Shown: positions 40,596-49,844 of the stretch, piece after piece
Layout: every line of letters begins with the position of its first letter
Numbering within the stretch: position 1 is the stretch's first letter
Origin: Spirochaetota bacterium
GTDB taxonomy: Bacteria > Spirochaetota > UBA4802 > UBA5550
NCBI GenBank assembly: GCA_963663865.1
Contig: OY760686.1
Location: 2,016,001-2,080,000 of the forward strand
Direction: 5' to 3'
DNA length: 64,000 nucleotides
Program-made: the position numbers and the translations under genes
Notes under the pieces: model-generated
What the model was told of the DNA's origin: nothing
Seen by the model: only the letters and a program-made list of their open reading frames with translations
The model's database searches: none

Positions 40596-41576
40596 ATGAA
40601 GAAACTTTACACTATTGCAGCGCTTGCAGCTGCAACAGCGCTATTTCTGGTGTTTCAGGAAAAACTGACTGATGCCAGTGAAAGTAAAACTCAGCAGATC
40701 GACAGTATAACAGATAACTCTCAACAGCAGTACCGCTACCCGGAGTTCTACAAAGGGATATATCTCAATGTAGCTGCTTCAAGAAACCTTGAGGCTTTAA
40801 AGCTTTACGCTGATAAGGCTAAAAAGGCGGGCATCAACACCTTCGTCCTGGACACTCAGGCAGGCAGGCTTACAGACTGCGCAGTACCCGCTGAAAATGT
40901 AAAATATCTCATCAAAGAAGGAATACACCCGGTAGCAAGGGTCGTGGTCTTTCCCGAAGGCCTCAGAGACTACCCTGCTCCCGAATCACTCATCAATTCA
41001 AGGATACAGAACGCTCTAACGGCATGTGAAGCAGGATTCAAGGAAATACAGTTCGACTATATACGCTTCAATGACTCAAACAGGCTTAAACACCTCACTC
41101 TGGCTAAAAGATACGCATATGTGGAAAAGTTCATCACAGATGCGCGTGAAAAACTTAAAAAATACGATGTAAAAATAGCGGCAGATGTTTTCGGAAGAAT
41201 TCCACTTAACACCAACGATTTAATCGGACAGAAAATGGAGAGCCTCGATAAGGTGGTTGATATGATATGCCCAATGGCCTATCCGTCACATTACACCTGG
41301 AGCAAAAAAATGCAGCATGACCCTTATTACACAGTCTATAAAACGTCAAAGCGCGCGGTGGAAAGAACCCGTCAGGCTGAAATTGTGACATATATTCAGG
41401 CGTTTAAAATGAAGCTCGGACCGAACAACTATCACCACTACATAAAAGAACAGATAAAAGCAGTGCACGACTCAGGGGCAAAGGGATACATCCTGTGGAA
41501 TGCCAGACACGCCTATGATACCGCCTTTGATGCCGCAAAAACATATTACAGCGAAACCGCAAAGAAAAACTTATAG
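40596..41576 (+). CDS. Exported putative glycoside hydrolase (DUF4015-like TIM barrel)
   Basis: N-terminal signal segment; KGIYL, ARVVVF, GF.EIQFDYIRF, ADVFG, IGQ, PMAYPSHY, LWN motifs. Confidence 0.7.
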   Translation: MKKLYTIAALAAATALFLVFQEKLTDASESKTQQIDSITDNSQQQYRYPEFYKGIYLNVAASRNLEALKLYADKAKKAGINTFVLDTQAGRLTDCAVPAENVKYLIKEGIHPVARVVVFPEGLRDYPAPESLINSRIQNALTACEAGFKEIQFDYIRFNDSNRLKHLTLAKRYAYVEKFITDAREKLKKYDVKIAADVFGRIPLNTNDLIGQKMESLDKVVDMICPMAYPSHYTWSKKMQHDPYYTVYKTSKRAVERTRQAEIVTYIQAFKMKLGPNNYHHYIKEQIKAVHDSGAKGYILWNARHAYDTAFDAAKTYYSETAKKNL

Positions 41577-41587
41577 CAACGTCTACC

Positions 41588-41610
41588 GGGGCTGGCTGTC
41601 GAAGCAGCCC
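41588..41610. terminator. GC-rich hairpin between convergent genes
   Basis: GGGCTG...CAGCCC arms between stops at 41576 and 41611. Confidence 0.5.
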
Positions 41611-42072
41611 CTAATACACCTTAATGCTGTATTCAGCAGCCCCGTCCTTTTTGCCGGTCACAACGACTTCTGTTGTTTTTCCGCTTTCAACAACAATATA
41701 GCAATATGAAGGCTTGAGCTGATTGATATTATTCAGCTTAACATATTCTCCCTGTTCCGCGTTCAGTGCCCATTTCTCCAGCATAATGAGATGCCTGTTG
41801 GGTAAAACGCTGGTCTCATATGTCTTATACTGAGACTCAAGCCCGGTCGTAGTCCTGCCGGTTTCCAGCTTATTCATATAGATCCTGTAGAAAACCCTTC
41901 TGTCTTCAGAAGGCCCGTCAATACCGCTGTCGATTACCTTCAGCAAGAGTCTCCCTTTTTCTGTTTCTGTTTCTCTTTCTGTTTCAGATTGATCCGAAAT
42001 ATGTCTTACAGCCGTAGAACATCCGGACAATATTATTACAATTATTATAAATATTAATCTTTTAAAAATCAC
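41611..42072 (-). CDS. Lipoprotein of unknown function
   Basis: Lipobox ILSGC; 4-nt overlap with upstream gene. Confidence 0.75.
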   Translation of the reverse strand: MIFKRLIFIIIVIILSGCSTAVRHISDQSETERETETEKGRLLLKVIDSGIDGPSEDRRVFYRIYMNKLETGRTTTGLESQYKTYETSVLPNRHLIMLEKWALNAEQGEYVKLNNINQLKPSYCYIVVESGKTTEVVVTGKKDGAAEYSIKVY

Positions 42073-43652
42073 TTAATCCACCTGATTGAAATTTCGTAGG
42101 GATCCATATAATCCTCTTTTAGTGATCTCACTACAAGATAGCCCTTTTTATCAATTATCTCAGACAGTGTAGAAGTCCCGCCCTCTGACACCTCAACCGA
42201 TTTAATTACATATCCGAGAGGGTCTGTCACTGACAACCTGATTTTCCCGCGCGGCGGCGCTTTCACGGTAAACTCAGCCCTTGCTCTTTGCGGGCGTGTT
42301 ATGATAAAATAATCAACATCTCCTTTTTTCGATGTGTAACCGCTTATTCTGTCTCCAGATAGAGTTCCCGCCGCATCTTTCGTGTCATTGGGCTCTATCT
42401 CGGCTGACTGGTCCCGCTCAAGCTCAGTGCATTTTATTACATACCCTTCACTCTTTCCGGCAAAATAGTTTCCGGAAGATACCTTAATAAAAAACGGTTT
42501 TGAGGATGATATATTCGGAAAGATTTCGCTCTCACCCTTGCCAGAAGCATTCACTGTCAGCACGCGGACTCCGATGTCGTTGTGAATTTCCATGGAATAA
42601 TCCATGCTGCCGTAGGCTTCAAGCTCAAGTCTGTATCGTTTACCGGAAACTGCATCAAACCTGTAAAAGTCAATATCCCCGGGATGATTTATTACACCCT
42701 CAACCTGATCAGTCAACTGATTTGCCGATTCGATTGCCTGATTCGGTTCCATCTCTTTACCTGGTTCATGCTGCGTAAGAGTGTATTTAATACCGTAAGG
42801 GATTGCGTTGTTTGACTGATACCCTTTGGCGCATACCATCAAATAGTAAATCCCCGGCTCCTTAATCCCTGCTCCGTTTATCTGCTCACCCTGACCTATT
42901 CCGTTAAAATCAGATTCAGCAAGAGGCTGCATCGCAGCATCAAATAAATACATAGCAGAGTCAACACCCTGAACCCCTGTCAACTCTGCATTCAGCACCT
43001 TTGTATCAGAGTTGTCCGGCAAAACTTCAAATCTGAACCAGTCCTCTTCGCGGTGAAGATTATCTCTGTCGCTGTTGAGCCTGTTGTACGACGGGGAGTA
43101 AAAACCGTTTAACTGTTCGCCCTCATTGAGAAGCGTCGACAAATCAGGCGCATCATTCGGCTCAGATTCTTCTCCTGAAAACTCTCTCGAAACAATCAGC
43201 AGCTTATATGGATTCTCTGTATTTGATGCTGCTCTGTCCCTGTCACCATGCTGAATGGAAATATAGTACCTGCCGGGAAAGCCTCTGAAATTAAGGACCT
43301 GTTCAGGTGATGATTTTCTATTGTCATCAACAAGCTTGACCATTGCAGGCTTTTGACTCCCGCTCCAAACAGCAATTGAATGGTTGATACCCTTGACCCC
43401 GCTCAGCTCAATATCAAGGATGGAATCATCGGCTACAGTAATATAATAGAAGTCTCTATCATCAGATGTATTGAAAAAACCGTATACAGGCTTGCCAATT
43501 TCAACTGCGTTTGCGCCTGAAAAAGAGTTATTCGGTTCTTTTTCCTCTGCTCGGTTTACCTTGCATGAAAACTGACAAAAGGCAGTAAATAGCAGCAATG
43601 ACAGCAATATAAATGCCTGCCGTCTTCTAATGTTTATCACGCTACCGTTCAT
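42069..43652 (-). CDS. Probable lipoprotein with four PPC-like (E-x-E-P-N) repeat domains
   Basis: Signal ending FSC; repeats EKEPNN, ESEPND, EMEPNQ, EIEPND, each followed by a D.D(F/W/Y)(Y/F) motif. Confidence 0.7.
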   Translation of the reverse strand: MNGSVINIRRRQAFILLSLLLFTAFCQFSCKVNRAEEKEPNNSFSGANAVEIGKPVYGFFNTSDDRDFYYITVADDSILDIELSGVKGINHSIAVWSGSQKPAMVKLVDDNRKSSPEQVLNFRGFPGRYYISIQHGDRDRAASNTENPYKLLIVSREFSGEESEPNDAPDLSTLLNEGEQLNGFYSPSYNRLNSDRDNLHREEDWFRFEVLPDNSDTKVLNAELTGVQGVDSAMYLFDAAMQPLAESDFNGIGQGEQINGAGIKEPGIYYLMVCAKGYQSNNAIPYGIKYTLTQHEPGKEMEPNQAIESANQLTDQVEGVINHPGDIDFYRFDAVSGKRYRLELEAYGSMDYSMEIHNDIGVRVLTVNASGKGESEIFPNISSSKPFFIKVSSGNYFAGKSEGYVIKCTELERDQSAEIEPNDTKDAAGTLSGDRISGYTSKKGDVDYFIITRPQRARAEFTVKAPPRGKIRLSVTDPLGYVIKSVEVSEGGTSTLSEIIDKKGYLVVRSLKEDYMDPYEISIRWIK

Positions 43653-43893
43653 AGAAAAATCATCTCCATCTATTATATTGCAAGCGGCAGTTCAGCAAGC
43701 CCGAAAACAGTGTTCTCATTGTCAAAAAATCTGCGTCTGCATTCAGCTTAACCGTCAGTTTTATACATATCAGCAATATCCTGCTGAACATCATTAAGAG
43801 TTATTATTTTAATACTTACGTCAATTATAATTTCATTACAACGATTCGAGAAAACCCTTGAAAGAATAAATTGATATTTCTAACAGAGTATTC

Positions 43894-43922
43894 TTGACAT
43901 GGCAGCTCCCATAAAAAATAAT
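43894..43922 (+). promoter_or_regulatory. Sigma70 promoter of pepA-trpBA
   Basis: TTGACA-N17-AATAAT, upstream of GGGAG SD and ATG 43947. Confidence 0.55.
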
Positions 43923-43946
43923 ATACATTTCCATGGGAGTAATATT

Positions 43947-45422
43947 ATGAAAGTTAGCTTGAAGAATAAAAATTCACAATTAAACGAATCTGATACGCTC
44001 ATATTCTTTATCACACAAAACGATGACAGCACACCAGACTTATCGCCTCTGCAAAACATGCAGATATCGCCCGAGAAAATCAACCTCAGCCGCTTTTATG
44101 GCGCCAGAGGTGAAACCATCTACATACCATTGAGGGATATGCCCTCTATTATTCTATGCGGAACAGGTAATAAGGATAACTTAACCGCTGATTTTCTAAG
44201 ATTCCTTTCACGTTCAATAGTCACAGTTTGCTCTGAACGTAAAATATCCAGGATCAGCATCGTCCCACCAGCTGAAGATATTATCCCAAAAGAAGAATCA
44301 GTGGCCGCTCTGTGCGAAGGAATAGTCCTGTCAAACTACAAATTCAGCCGATACCTGTCCGACGATCAAATCGCTGGTCAGCCTCTGGTTGAGGAAGCAG
44401 AATTCATTTCCGCTGACAGCTCCTTGGCAGGAATCATAAAAGAAACAAATACAATATGCTCAAATACACTTGCCTGCCGTGATCTCATCAACGAATGTTC
44501 CTACGCCAGCACGCCCGGGGCCATAACAAAGCTTGCTGCTAAAATTTCAAAAAATGCTGGCATTACTCTGAAAGTCTTCAGAAAAAAAGATCTTATCAAA
44601 ATGAAAATGGGCCTCATACTTGCGGTAAATCAGGGAAGCAGCGAAGAGCCAGCCCTCCTTGTGCTCAATTACTCGGGCGGAAACAAAAAAAATGCCCCGG
44701 CAGCCATTGTCGGCAAAGGAATCACATTCGATACCGGCGGCATAAATCTGAAACCTACCAATTCAATAGAAACGATGAGAATGGATATGGCCGGCGCAGC
44801 TGCAGCCCTTTACGCGATAAAAACAGCCGCCGAGCTTAAGCTTAAAGCAAATATATGTGCAGTCCTGCCTCTCACTGAGAATATGATCAGCAACACAGCT
44901 TTCCGTCCCGGAGACGTTTACAGGTCCTATTCAGGTAAAACCGTTGAGATAGGAAATACAGACGCTGAAGGAAGGCTTATACTCGCTGACGCCATTACTT
45001 ATACTGAAAAAATGATCAAACCGTCCTGCATCATTGACATTGCAACACTTACTGGAGCGTGCGTTCAGACTTTCGGGGAGCACGTTGCTGCCATCATCAC
45101 TTCTGACGACAATCTCATGAATAACCTCTTTGACGCCGGAGAAAAAACCGGGGAACGCTTGTGGCGCCTTCCGCTCTACGAGGTCTACAGCGAAAACCTC
45201 AAGTCCGATTATGCTGATATCTCAAATATGTCAGCTGAAAAAAACGCGGGAACAATTCACGCAGCGGCGTTTTTAAAATCATTTGTGGATAATACTCCAT
45301 GGGCACACATTGACATTGCCGGAACCGCATGGGGTTCAAAACAGAGAGGATGCAGGCCGAAAAATGCAACAGGATTCGGCGTAAAGCTCCTTGTACAATT
45401 CTTGAAAAACATGGAAAAGTAA
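43947..45422 (+). CDS. pepA: Leucyl aminopeptidase (M17)
   Basis: VGKGITFDTGG, DMAGAA, NTDAEGRL, ATLTGA, WAHIDIAG; likely start 43947. Confidence 0.93.
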   Translation: MKVSLKNKNSQLNESDTLIFFITQNDDSTPDLSPLQNMQISPEKINLSRFYGARGETIYIPLRDMPSIILCGTGNKDNLTADFLRFLSRSIVTVCSERKISRISIVPPAEDIIPKEESVAALCEGIVLSNYKFSRYLSDDQIAGQPLVEEAEFISADSSLAGIIKETNTICSNTLACRDLINECSYASTPGAITKLAAKISKNAGITLKVFRKKDLIKMKMGLILAVNQGSSEEPALLVLNYSGGNKKNAPAAIVGKGITFDTGGINLKPTNSIETMRMDMAGAAAALYAIKTAAELKLKANICAVLPLTENMISNTAFRPGDVYRSYSGKTVEIGNTDAEGRLILADAITYTEKMIKPSCIIDIATLTGACVQTFGEHVAAIITSDDNLMNNLFDAGEKTGERLWRLPLYEVYSENLKSDYADISNMSAEKNAGTIHAAAFLKSFVDNTPWAHIDIAGTAWGSKQRGCRPKNATGFGVKLLVQFLKNMEK

Positions 45423-46664
45423 ATGAAAACAATAGTTAATCCATTTAAAACAGGCGGACATTACGGAAAATTCGGGGGCAGATATGTTCCTGAAATGATG
45501 ATTCCGCCTCTTCAGGAACTCGAAAGGGCCTTCATAGAATCAAAAAAGGACCCCGAGTTTAAAAAGGAGTTCAGTGATGTTCTCAAAAATTTTTCGGGAC
45601 GACCAACTCCGCTGTATTTTGCCTCAAACCTTACAGAAAAAATAGGCGGCGCCAGAATCTACCTCAAACTCGAGGGGATGGGACAGACCGGCTCCCATAA
45701 AATAAACAATGCTATTGGTCAGGCAATACTGGCAAGGCGTATGGGCAAAAAACGCCTTATCGCAGAAACAGGCGCTGGCCAGCATGGTTTCGCGACTGCA
45801 ACAGTTGCAGCCAAATTCGGCTTCAGATGTGAAATATTCATGGGCGAAGTCGATATGAAAAGACAGCGCCCCAATGTATTTTGGATGCAGCAATTAGGAG
45901 CAAAGGTCACACCCGTAAAAACAGGAACACGCACGCTTAAGGACGCCGTTAATGCTTCATTCAGAAACTGGATAGAAACAGTCGACGACACTCACCTTCT
46001 TGTCGGATCTGCGCTGAGCGCTCATCCCTACCCGGCGATTGTCAGAGAATTTCAATCCGTAATCGGCACTGAGGCCCGCAAGCAGATACTTGAGGCCGAG
46101 GGCCGGCTTCCGGATTACCTCGTCGCCTGTGTCGGAGGAGGCAGCAACGCGATTGGACTTTTTCATCCTTTTTTAAAGGATGAAGCCGTAAAGATGATCG
46201 GTGTTGAGGCCGGTGGAAGCGGCTATAAAAGCGGCAGACATTCCATACGATTTAAAGGTTCACATGACGGCATAGTTGAAGGCTACAGGTCCTTTTTCAT
46301 CCAGGACGGAGACGGCCAGACCAGGCCGACATATTCAGTTGCGGCGGGGCTTGATTATCCAGGGGTGGGCCCCGAGCACGCTTATCTTCACTCTATCGGC
46401 AGAGTAACATATACAAGTGCCACCGACAAAGAGGTCATTGGAGCTCTGAAAACGCTTATTTCCACTGAAGGGATTATTCCTGCGCTCGAGTCCTCACATG
46501 CCGTTGCCAGAGGAATTGAAATTGCAAAAAACTCTTCCAGAGATGAAATCGTAATAATTAACATTTCAGGAAGAGGCGACAAGGACATCTTCTTAATTGC
46601 AGAAGCTCTTCAAGACGAAGCATGGTTTGAATTTATTAAATCCAAAGTTGAAGAGAGAAAATAA
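45423..46664 (+). CDS. trpB: Tryptophan synthase beta chain
   Basis: FGGRYVPE, TGSHKINN (PLP lysine), AETGAGQHG, CVGGGSNA, GLDYPGVGPEH, SGRGDKD. Confidence 0.97.
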   Translation: MKTIVNPFKTGGHYGKFGGRYVPEMMIPPLQELERAFIESKKDPEFKKEFSDVLKNFSGRPTPLYFASNLTEKIGGARIYLKLEGMGQTGSHKINNAIGQAILARRMGKKRLIAETGAGQHGFATATVAAKFGFRCEIFMGEVDMKRQRPNVFWMQQLGAKVTPVKTGTRTLKDAVNASFRNWIETVDDTHLLVGSALSAHPYPAIVREFQSVIGTEARKQILEAEGRLPDYLVACVGGGSNAIGLFHPFLKDEAVKMIGVEAGGSGYKSGRHSIRFKGSHDGIVEGYRSFFIQDGDGQTRPTYSVAAGLDYPGVGPEHAYLHSIGRVTYTSATDKEVIGALKTLISTEGIIPALESSHAVARGIEIAKNSSRDEIVIINISGRGDKDIFLIAEALQDEAWFEFIKSKVEERK

Positions 46665-46678
46665 TAAGAGAGATTATA

Positions 46679-47434
46679 ATGAAAAATCAAATTCGATTAA
46701 TGACGCACCTCGTTGCCGGATACCCTTCCTTCAAGGACAACGAGACACTTATAGAGACAATGGCATCATGCGGGGTAGAGTTTATTGAGATTCAGCTCCC
46801 TTTTTCGGATTCCATCGCAGATGGTCCGGTAATTGTAAACGCAAACCAGACATCGCTCGCCGCAGGCACTAAAACGGCTGATTGCATAAAATTTGCAAAA
46901 AAAGTTACAGCAAGGTTTCCCGATGTCAAGTTTCTCTTTATGACTTACTACAACATAGTCTACAACTATGGTGTTGAAGCTTTCGCTAAAATGGCATCTG
47001 AAATCGGTATTTACGGAATTATTGTCCCGGATATCCCGCCGGAAGAGGATTCAGAATCCTATTACAGCGGTTGCAGGAATAACAACGTACACCCAGTCAT
47101 AGTTATTTCGCCCTCTACGTCTCAGGAAAGGCTTGAAAAATACCGCGAAAAAGCGGATGGACTCATTTACTGCACTTCAAGGGTCGGTTTAACCGGATCA
47201 GAAAAGGATTTCAGCGCCAGGCTTAAAAAAATCGTGAAAAGTGCTGGAGAAACACTTAATCTCCCGGTTGCAGTCGGTTTCGGTATAGATTCAGGCAAGA
47301 AAGCGGCTGAAGTGTCAAAATACGCGGATATAGTTGTTATCGGTACAAAAATACTAAAAATCGTCGACGAGAACCCCGATGATTTTACTGCACATGTAAA
47401 GACATTTCTTGAATCAATAAAAAAGGGGAGATAA
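46679..47434 (+). CDS. trpA: Tryptophan synthase alpha chain
   Basis: EIQLPFSD.IADGPVI, MTYYN, PD.P.EE, G.TG, VGFGI. Confidence 0.93.
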   Translation: MKNQIRLMTHLVAGYPSFKDNETLIETMASCGVEFIEIQLPFSDSIADGPVIVNANQTSLAAGTKTADCIKFAKKVTARFPDVKFLFMTYYNIVYNYGVEAFAKMASEIGIYGIIVPDIPPEEDSESYYSGCRNNNVHPVIVISPSTSQERLEKYREKADGLIYCTSRVGLTGSEKDFSARLKKIVKSAGETLNLPVAVGFGIDSGKKAAEVSKYADIVVIGTKILKIVDENPDDFTAHVKTFLESIKKGR

Positions 47435-47447
47435 TCTCCCCTTTTTT
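47419..47447. terminator. Bidirectional intrinsic terminator between trpA and tRNA-Ala
   Basis: AAAAAAGGGGAGA-TAA-TCTCCCCTTTTTT; the loop is the trpA stop codon. Confidence 0.85.
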
Positions 47448-47450
47448 ATG

Positions 47451-47523
47451 TGGAGCTGAGGGGGATCGAACCCCCGACCCCTAGAGTGCGATTCTAGTAC
47501 TCTCCCAGCTGAGCTACAGCCCC
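47451..47523 (-). tRNA. tRNA-Ala (anticodon CGC), CCA not encoded
   Basis: Reverse complement GGGGCTGTAGCTCAGCTGGGAGAGTACTAGAATCGCACTCTAGGGGTCGGGGGTTCGATCCCCCTCAGCTCCA: cloverleaf, G3:U70 alanine determinant, TTCGA T-loop. Confidence 0.97.
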
Positions 47524-47678
47524 ATAGCAATACTTTTATACGCTATAATATTTTGTCAATATAAATCTTTTCCCTTCACTTCGCTTTGTCTTGATTTGAT
47601 TTCAAAAAAAATGCTGGAATTTAAAAAATATAACGCTACATTGTTTACAAAGATATTAAACTGATACGGAGGTTTTTC

Positions 47679-47903
47679 ATGTCATTGATTACTTTCCGAA
47701 TTAAAGAAAACGCTAAAAAATGCGAGGAATGTGCTGTTCTGAAAATGAGAAACAGAATTGATCACAATTCTGTGTTAAGCGAAGAGTCTGAATTGCTTGC
47801 CTCGGGAATTCTTAAGCTCACATGCGCTGCATGTAAGTACGGCGAAGATTTTAAGAAAGTATACGGTGTAATGCCTTACGAAAAATACCAGGGTATTTCA
47901 TGA
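47679..47903 (+). CDS. Small protein with two CxxC motifs (putative Zn/Fe binding)
   Basis: GGAGG SD; C-x2-C-x30-C-x2-C. Confidence 0.65.
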   Translation: MSLITFRIKENAKKCEECAVLKMRNRIDHNSVLSEESELLASGILKLTCAACKYGEDFKKVYGVMPYEKYQGIS

Positions 47904-48007
47904 TCGCTTATTATTTTTTATTTGACACAGCGCCAAACCAGCTGCTCTTTTAATCGTTGAGCTGTCTATTTACAGCCCTCAATAATTTCTTAATGTAAAG
48001 GTTATCG

Positions 48008-48490
48008 ATGAAATACTCGCTTAATGAAATAGTTCAAATCGCTGTCCAGATTGAGGACACCGGATATGAATTCTATTCGACATGCGCAGAAGTCTTCAAA
48101 GGAGAACAGCTTCGTGACACATTTAAGTTTTTAGCTAAACAGGAGCTTGAACATAAACAGTACTTTGAATCACTTGCCTCATTTGCTGAAAAGAGTGAAG
48201 GCTCATACACGGATGATTATTACAGTTATCTGCGTTCAATCGGAGATAAAAAGGTCTTTCAGGATGAACCGGAGAACAGAGCCTCCGCAATCAACCCCGA
48301 TAAACCTGGAGACGCTATAAGGCAGGCATTTACTGACGAAAAAAATTCAATTATTTTCTATACAGAGCTGAAAACCATGTACTCTGATGACTACGAAGCC
48401 CTTGAAATCCTAGAGCGGATTATTGAAGAGGAGCGAAGTCACATTGTAATGCTAAAAGACATATTAGAAAGCATTGAAAAGTACGCCTGA
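48008..48490 (+). CDS. Ferritin-like/rubrerythrin-family di-iron protein
   Basis: E..G.EFY, ExxH (ELEH), E..S..FY, ExxH (ERSH). Confidence 0.85.
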   Translation: MKYSLNEIVQIAVQIEDTGYEFYSTCAEVFKGEQLRDTFKFLAKQELEHKQYFESLASFAEKSEGSYTDDYYSYLRSIGDKKVFQDEPENRASAINPDKPGDAIRQAFTDEKNSIIFYTELKTMYSDDYEALEILERIIEEERSHIVMLKDILESIEKYA

Positions 48491-48506
48491 CAATCCGATT
48501 TTCAGT

Positions 48507-48884
48507 TCAGTTTCTATAGACGTCTTCCGGATTGAAAATCCTCTCGCCGTCAGTTTCAAGCGTTCCGTTCCTCAAAACCCTGTGAAAACAGCTCCTGAAA
48601 CCGGTATGACATGCGGCTTTGCCGATCTGTCTGACTTTTAAGAGAACTGTATCACTGTCACAATCCACACGGATTTCCAATACTTCCTGAATATTTCCGG
48701 AGGTCTCCCCTTTTTTCCAGAGGCTTTTCCTGCTTCGGCTGTAGTAGTGAGCAATCTTTTTTTCAATCGTAAGTTCCCACGCTTCTCTGTTCATATATGC
48801 CAGCATCAGGATTTCCCCATTGTCAATATCCTGAACAATGGCGGGTATCATCCCGCCGTTTTTATCAAAATCGAGTTCGATCAT
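48507..48884 (-). CDS. hisI: Phosphoribosyl-AMP cyclohydrolase
   Basis: LM.AYMN.EA, YSRSR..LW.KGETSG, DCD.D, ACHTG..SCF; start ATG 48884. Confidence 0.95.
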   Translation of the reverse strand: MIELDFDKNGGMIPAIVQDIDNGEILMLAYMNREAWELTIEKKIAHYYSRSRKSLWKKGETSGNIQEVLEIRVDCDSDTVLLKVRQIGKAACHTGFRSCFHRVLRNGTLETDGERIFNPEDVYRN

Positions 48885-48885
48885 T

Positions 48886-49719
48886 TTACAACCTTTCACC
48901 CTTAATCGAAATAATATGTTCGTATAAAGGTATATTTTTTTCTGATTTTTCAAGCGCTTTTTCAATGAGCATCTTGACTCCACCGCAGCAAGGCACTTCC
49001 ATCCTAACCGCTGTTACAGAGCGAATATTATTCGATCTGAAAAGCTCAGACAGTTTTTCAATATACTCTTCAATGTAAGGATCCAGCTTTGGACAGAACG
49101 TAATTGATATTTTATCTCTTACAAAGTTAGAATGAAAGTTCGCGTAGGCAAAGGGAGTACAGTCGGCAGCTATGAGTAAGTGAGCATTTTTGAAATATTC
49201 AGCGTAAGGATTTATAAGCTTGAGCTGAACCGGCCAATTGGCTAATTCAGAACGTAAAATCGCTGCCGACGGGGCATGCGGATTATCTTCAGGTTCCGGC
49301 CTCTTCAGCTCCCGGGAAGCCGTTCCAGGACAACCTCCGCTGGCGCACATGGATTTTTTTTCCTCATATTCGGGAATCGAAATACCACGTTCCTTCAAAC
49401 ATTGGATTGCAATATTCAGATAACCGCGCTCGCCGTGATCAGCCAGGTGTTTCAGATGAGCCTTAATTACTCCATCTCCCTGTTTGATTATAGTTTCCAT
49501 CACCAGCGCTTCATCATAAGCCTCAGCTTCTCTCTCTTCAACACTTATAGCGCCTTCAGGACAGTTCCCAATACACGCTCCAAGCCCATCACAGAAAAGG
49601 TCGCTTACAAGCCTCGCTTTTCCATCAATCAGCTGAAGGGCCCCTTCAGGGCAGTCAGGTATACAAAGACCGCAGCCATTACATTTTTCTTCGTCAATTT
49701 TTATTATCTGTCTTATCAT
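48886..49719 (-). CDS. 2x[4Fe-4S] ferredoxin-domain protein with Cys-rich C-terminal domain (type often linked to hybrid-cluster protein loci)
   Basis: [48 protein letters not shown]; start ATG 49719. Confidence 0.85.
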   Translation of the reverse strand: MIRQIIKIDEEKCNGCGLCIPDCPEGALQLIDGKARLVSDLFCDGLGACIGNCPEGAISVEEREAEAYDEALVMETIIKQGDGVIKAHLKHLADHGERGYLNIAIQCLKERGISIPEYEEKKSMCASGGCPGTASRELKRPEPEDNPHAPSAAILRSELANWPVQLKLINPYAEYFKNAHLLIAADCTPFAYANFHSNFVRDKISITFCPKLDPYIEEYIEKLSELFRSNNIRSVTAVRMEVPCCGGVKMLIEKALEKSEKNIPLYEHIISIKGERL

Positions 49720-49750
49720 ATTTATTACCGCCTTTATTGATATTGACATA

Positions 49751-49792
49751 ATTATATCACCTAATTCGTCAATGCACATTGACTTGAATCAA
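49751..49792 (-). promoter_or_regulatory. FNR/CRP-family box plus extended -10 (class II activated promoter)
   Basis: Minus strand TTGAT-TCAA-GTCAA (49792-49779) and TGaTATAAT (49759-49751); box centre falls at -41.5. Confidence 0.65.
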
Positions 49793-49844
49793 TATCAGCG
49801 GATTTATCACAATTATTTATAGCTTCAAAACGCTGTGTTATTTT

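Noticed and set aside
41959-41985. Hexamer tandem repeat (TTCTGT/TTCTCT)x4
   Set aside because: In frame, encodes the ETERETETE linker of the lipoprotein; unit length cannot cause phase-variable frameshifts
47440-47523. tRNA-Ala as an integration site for a genomic island
   Set aside because: Its 3' end abuts the terminator and trpA; I saw no duplicated tRNA 3' fragment or adjacent integrase
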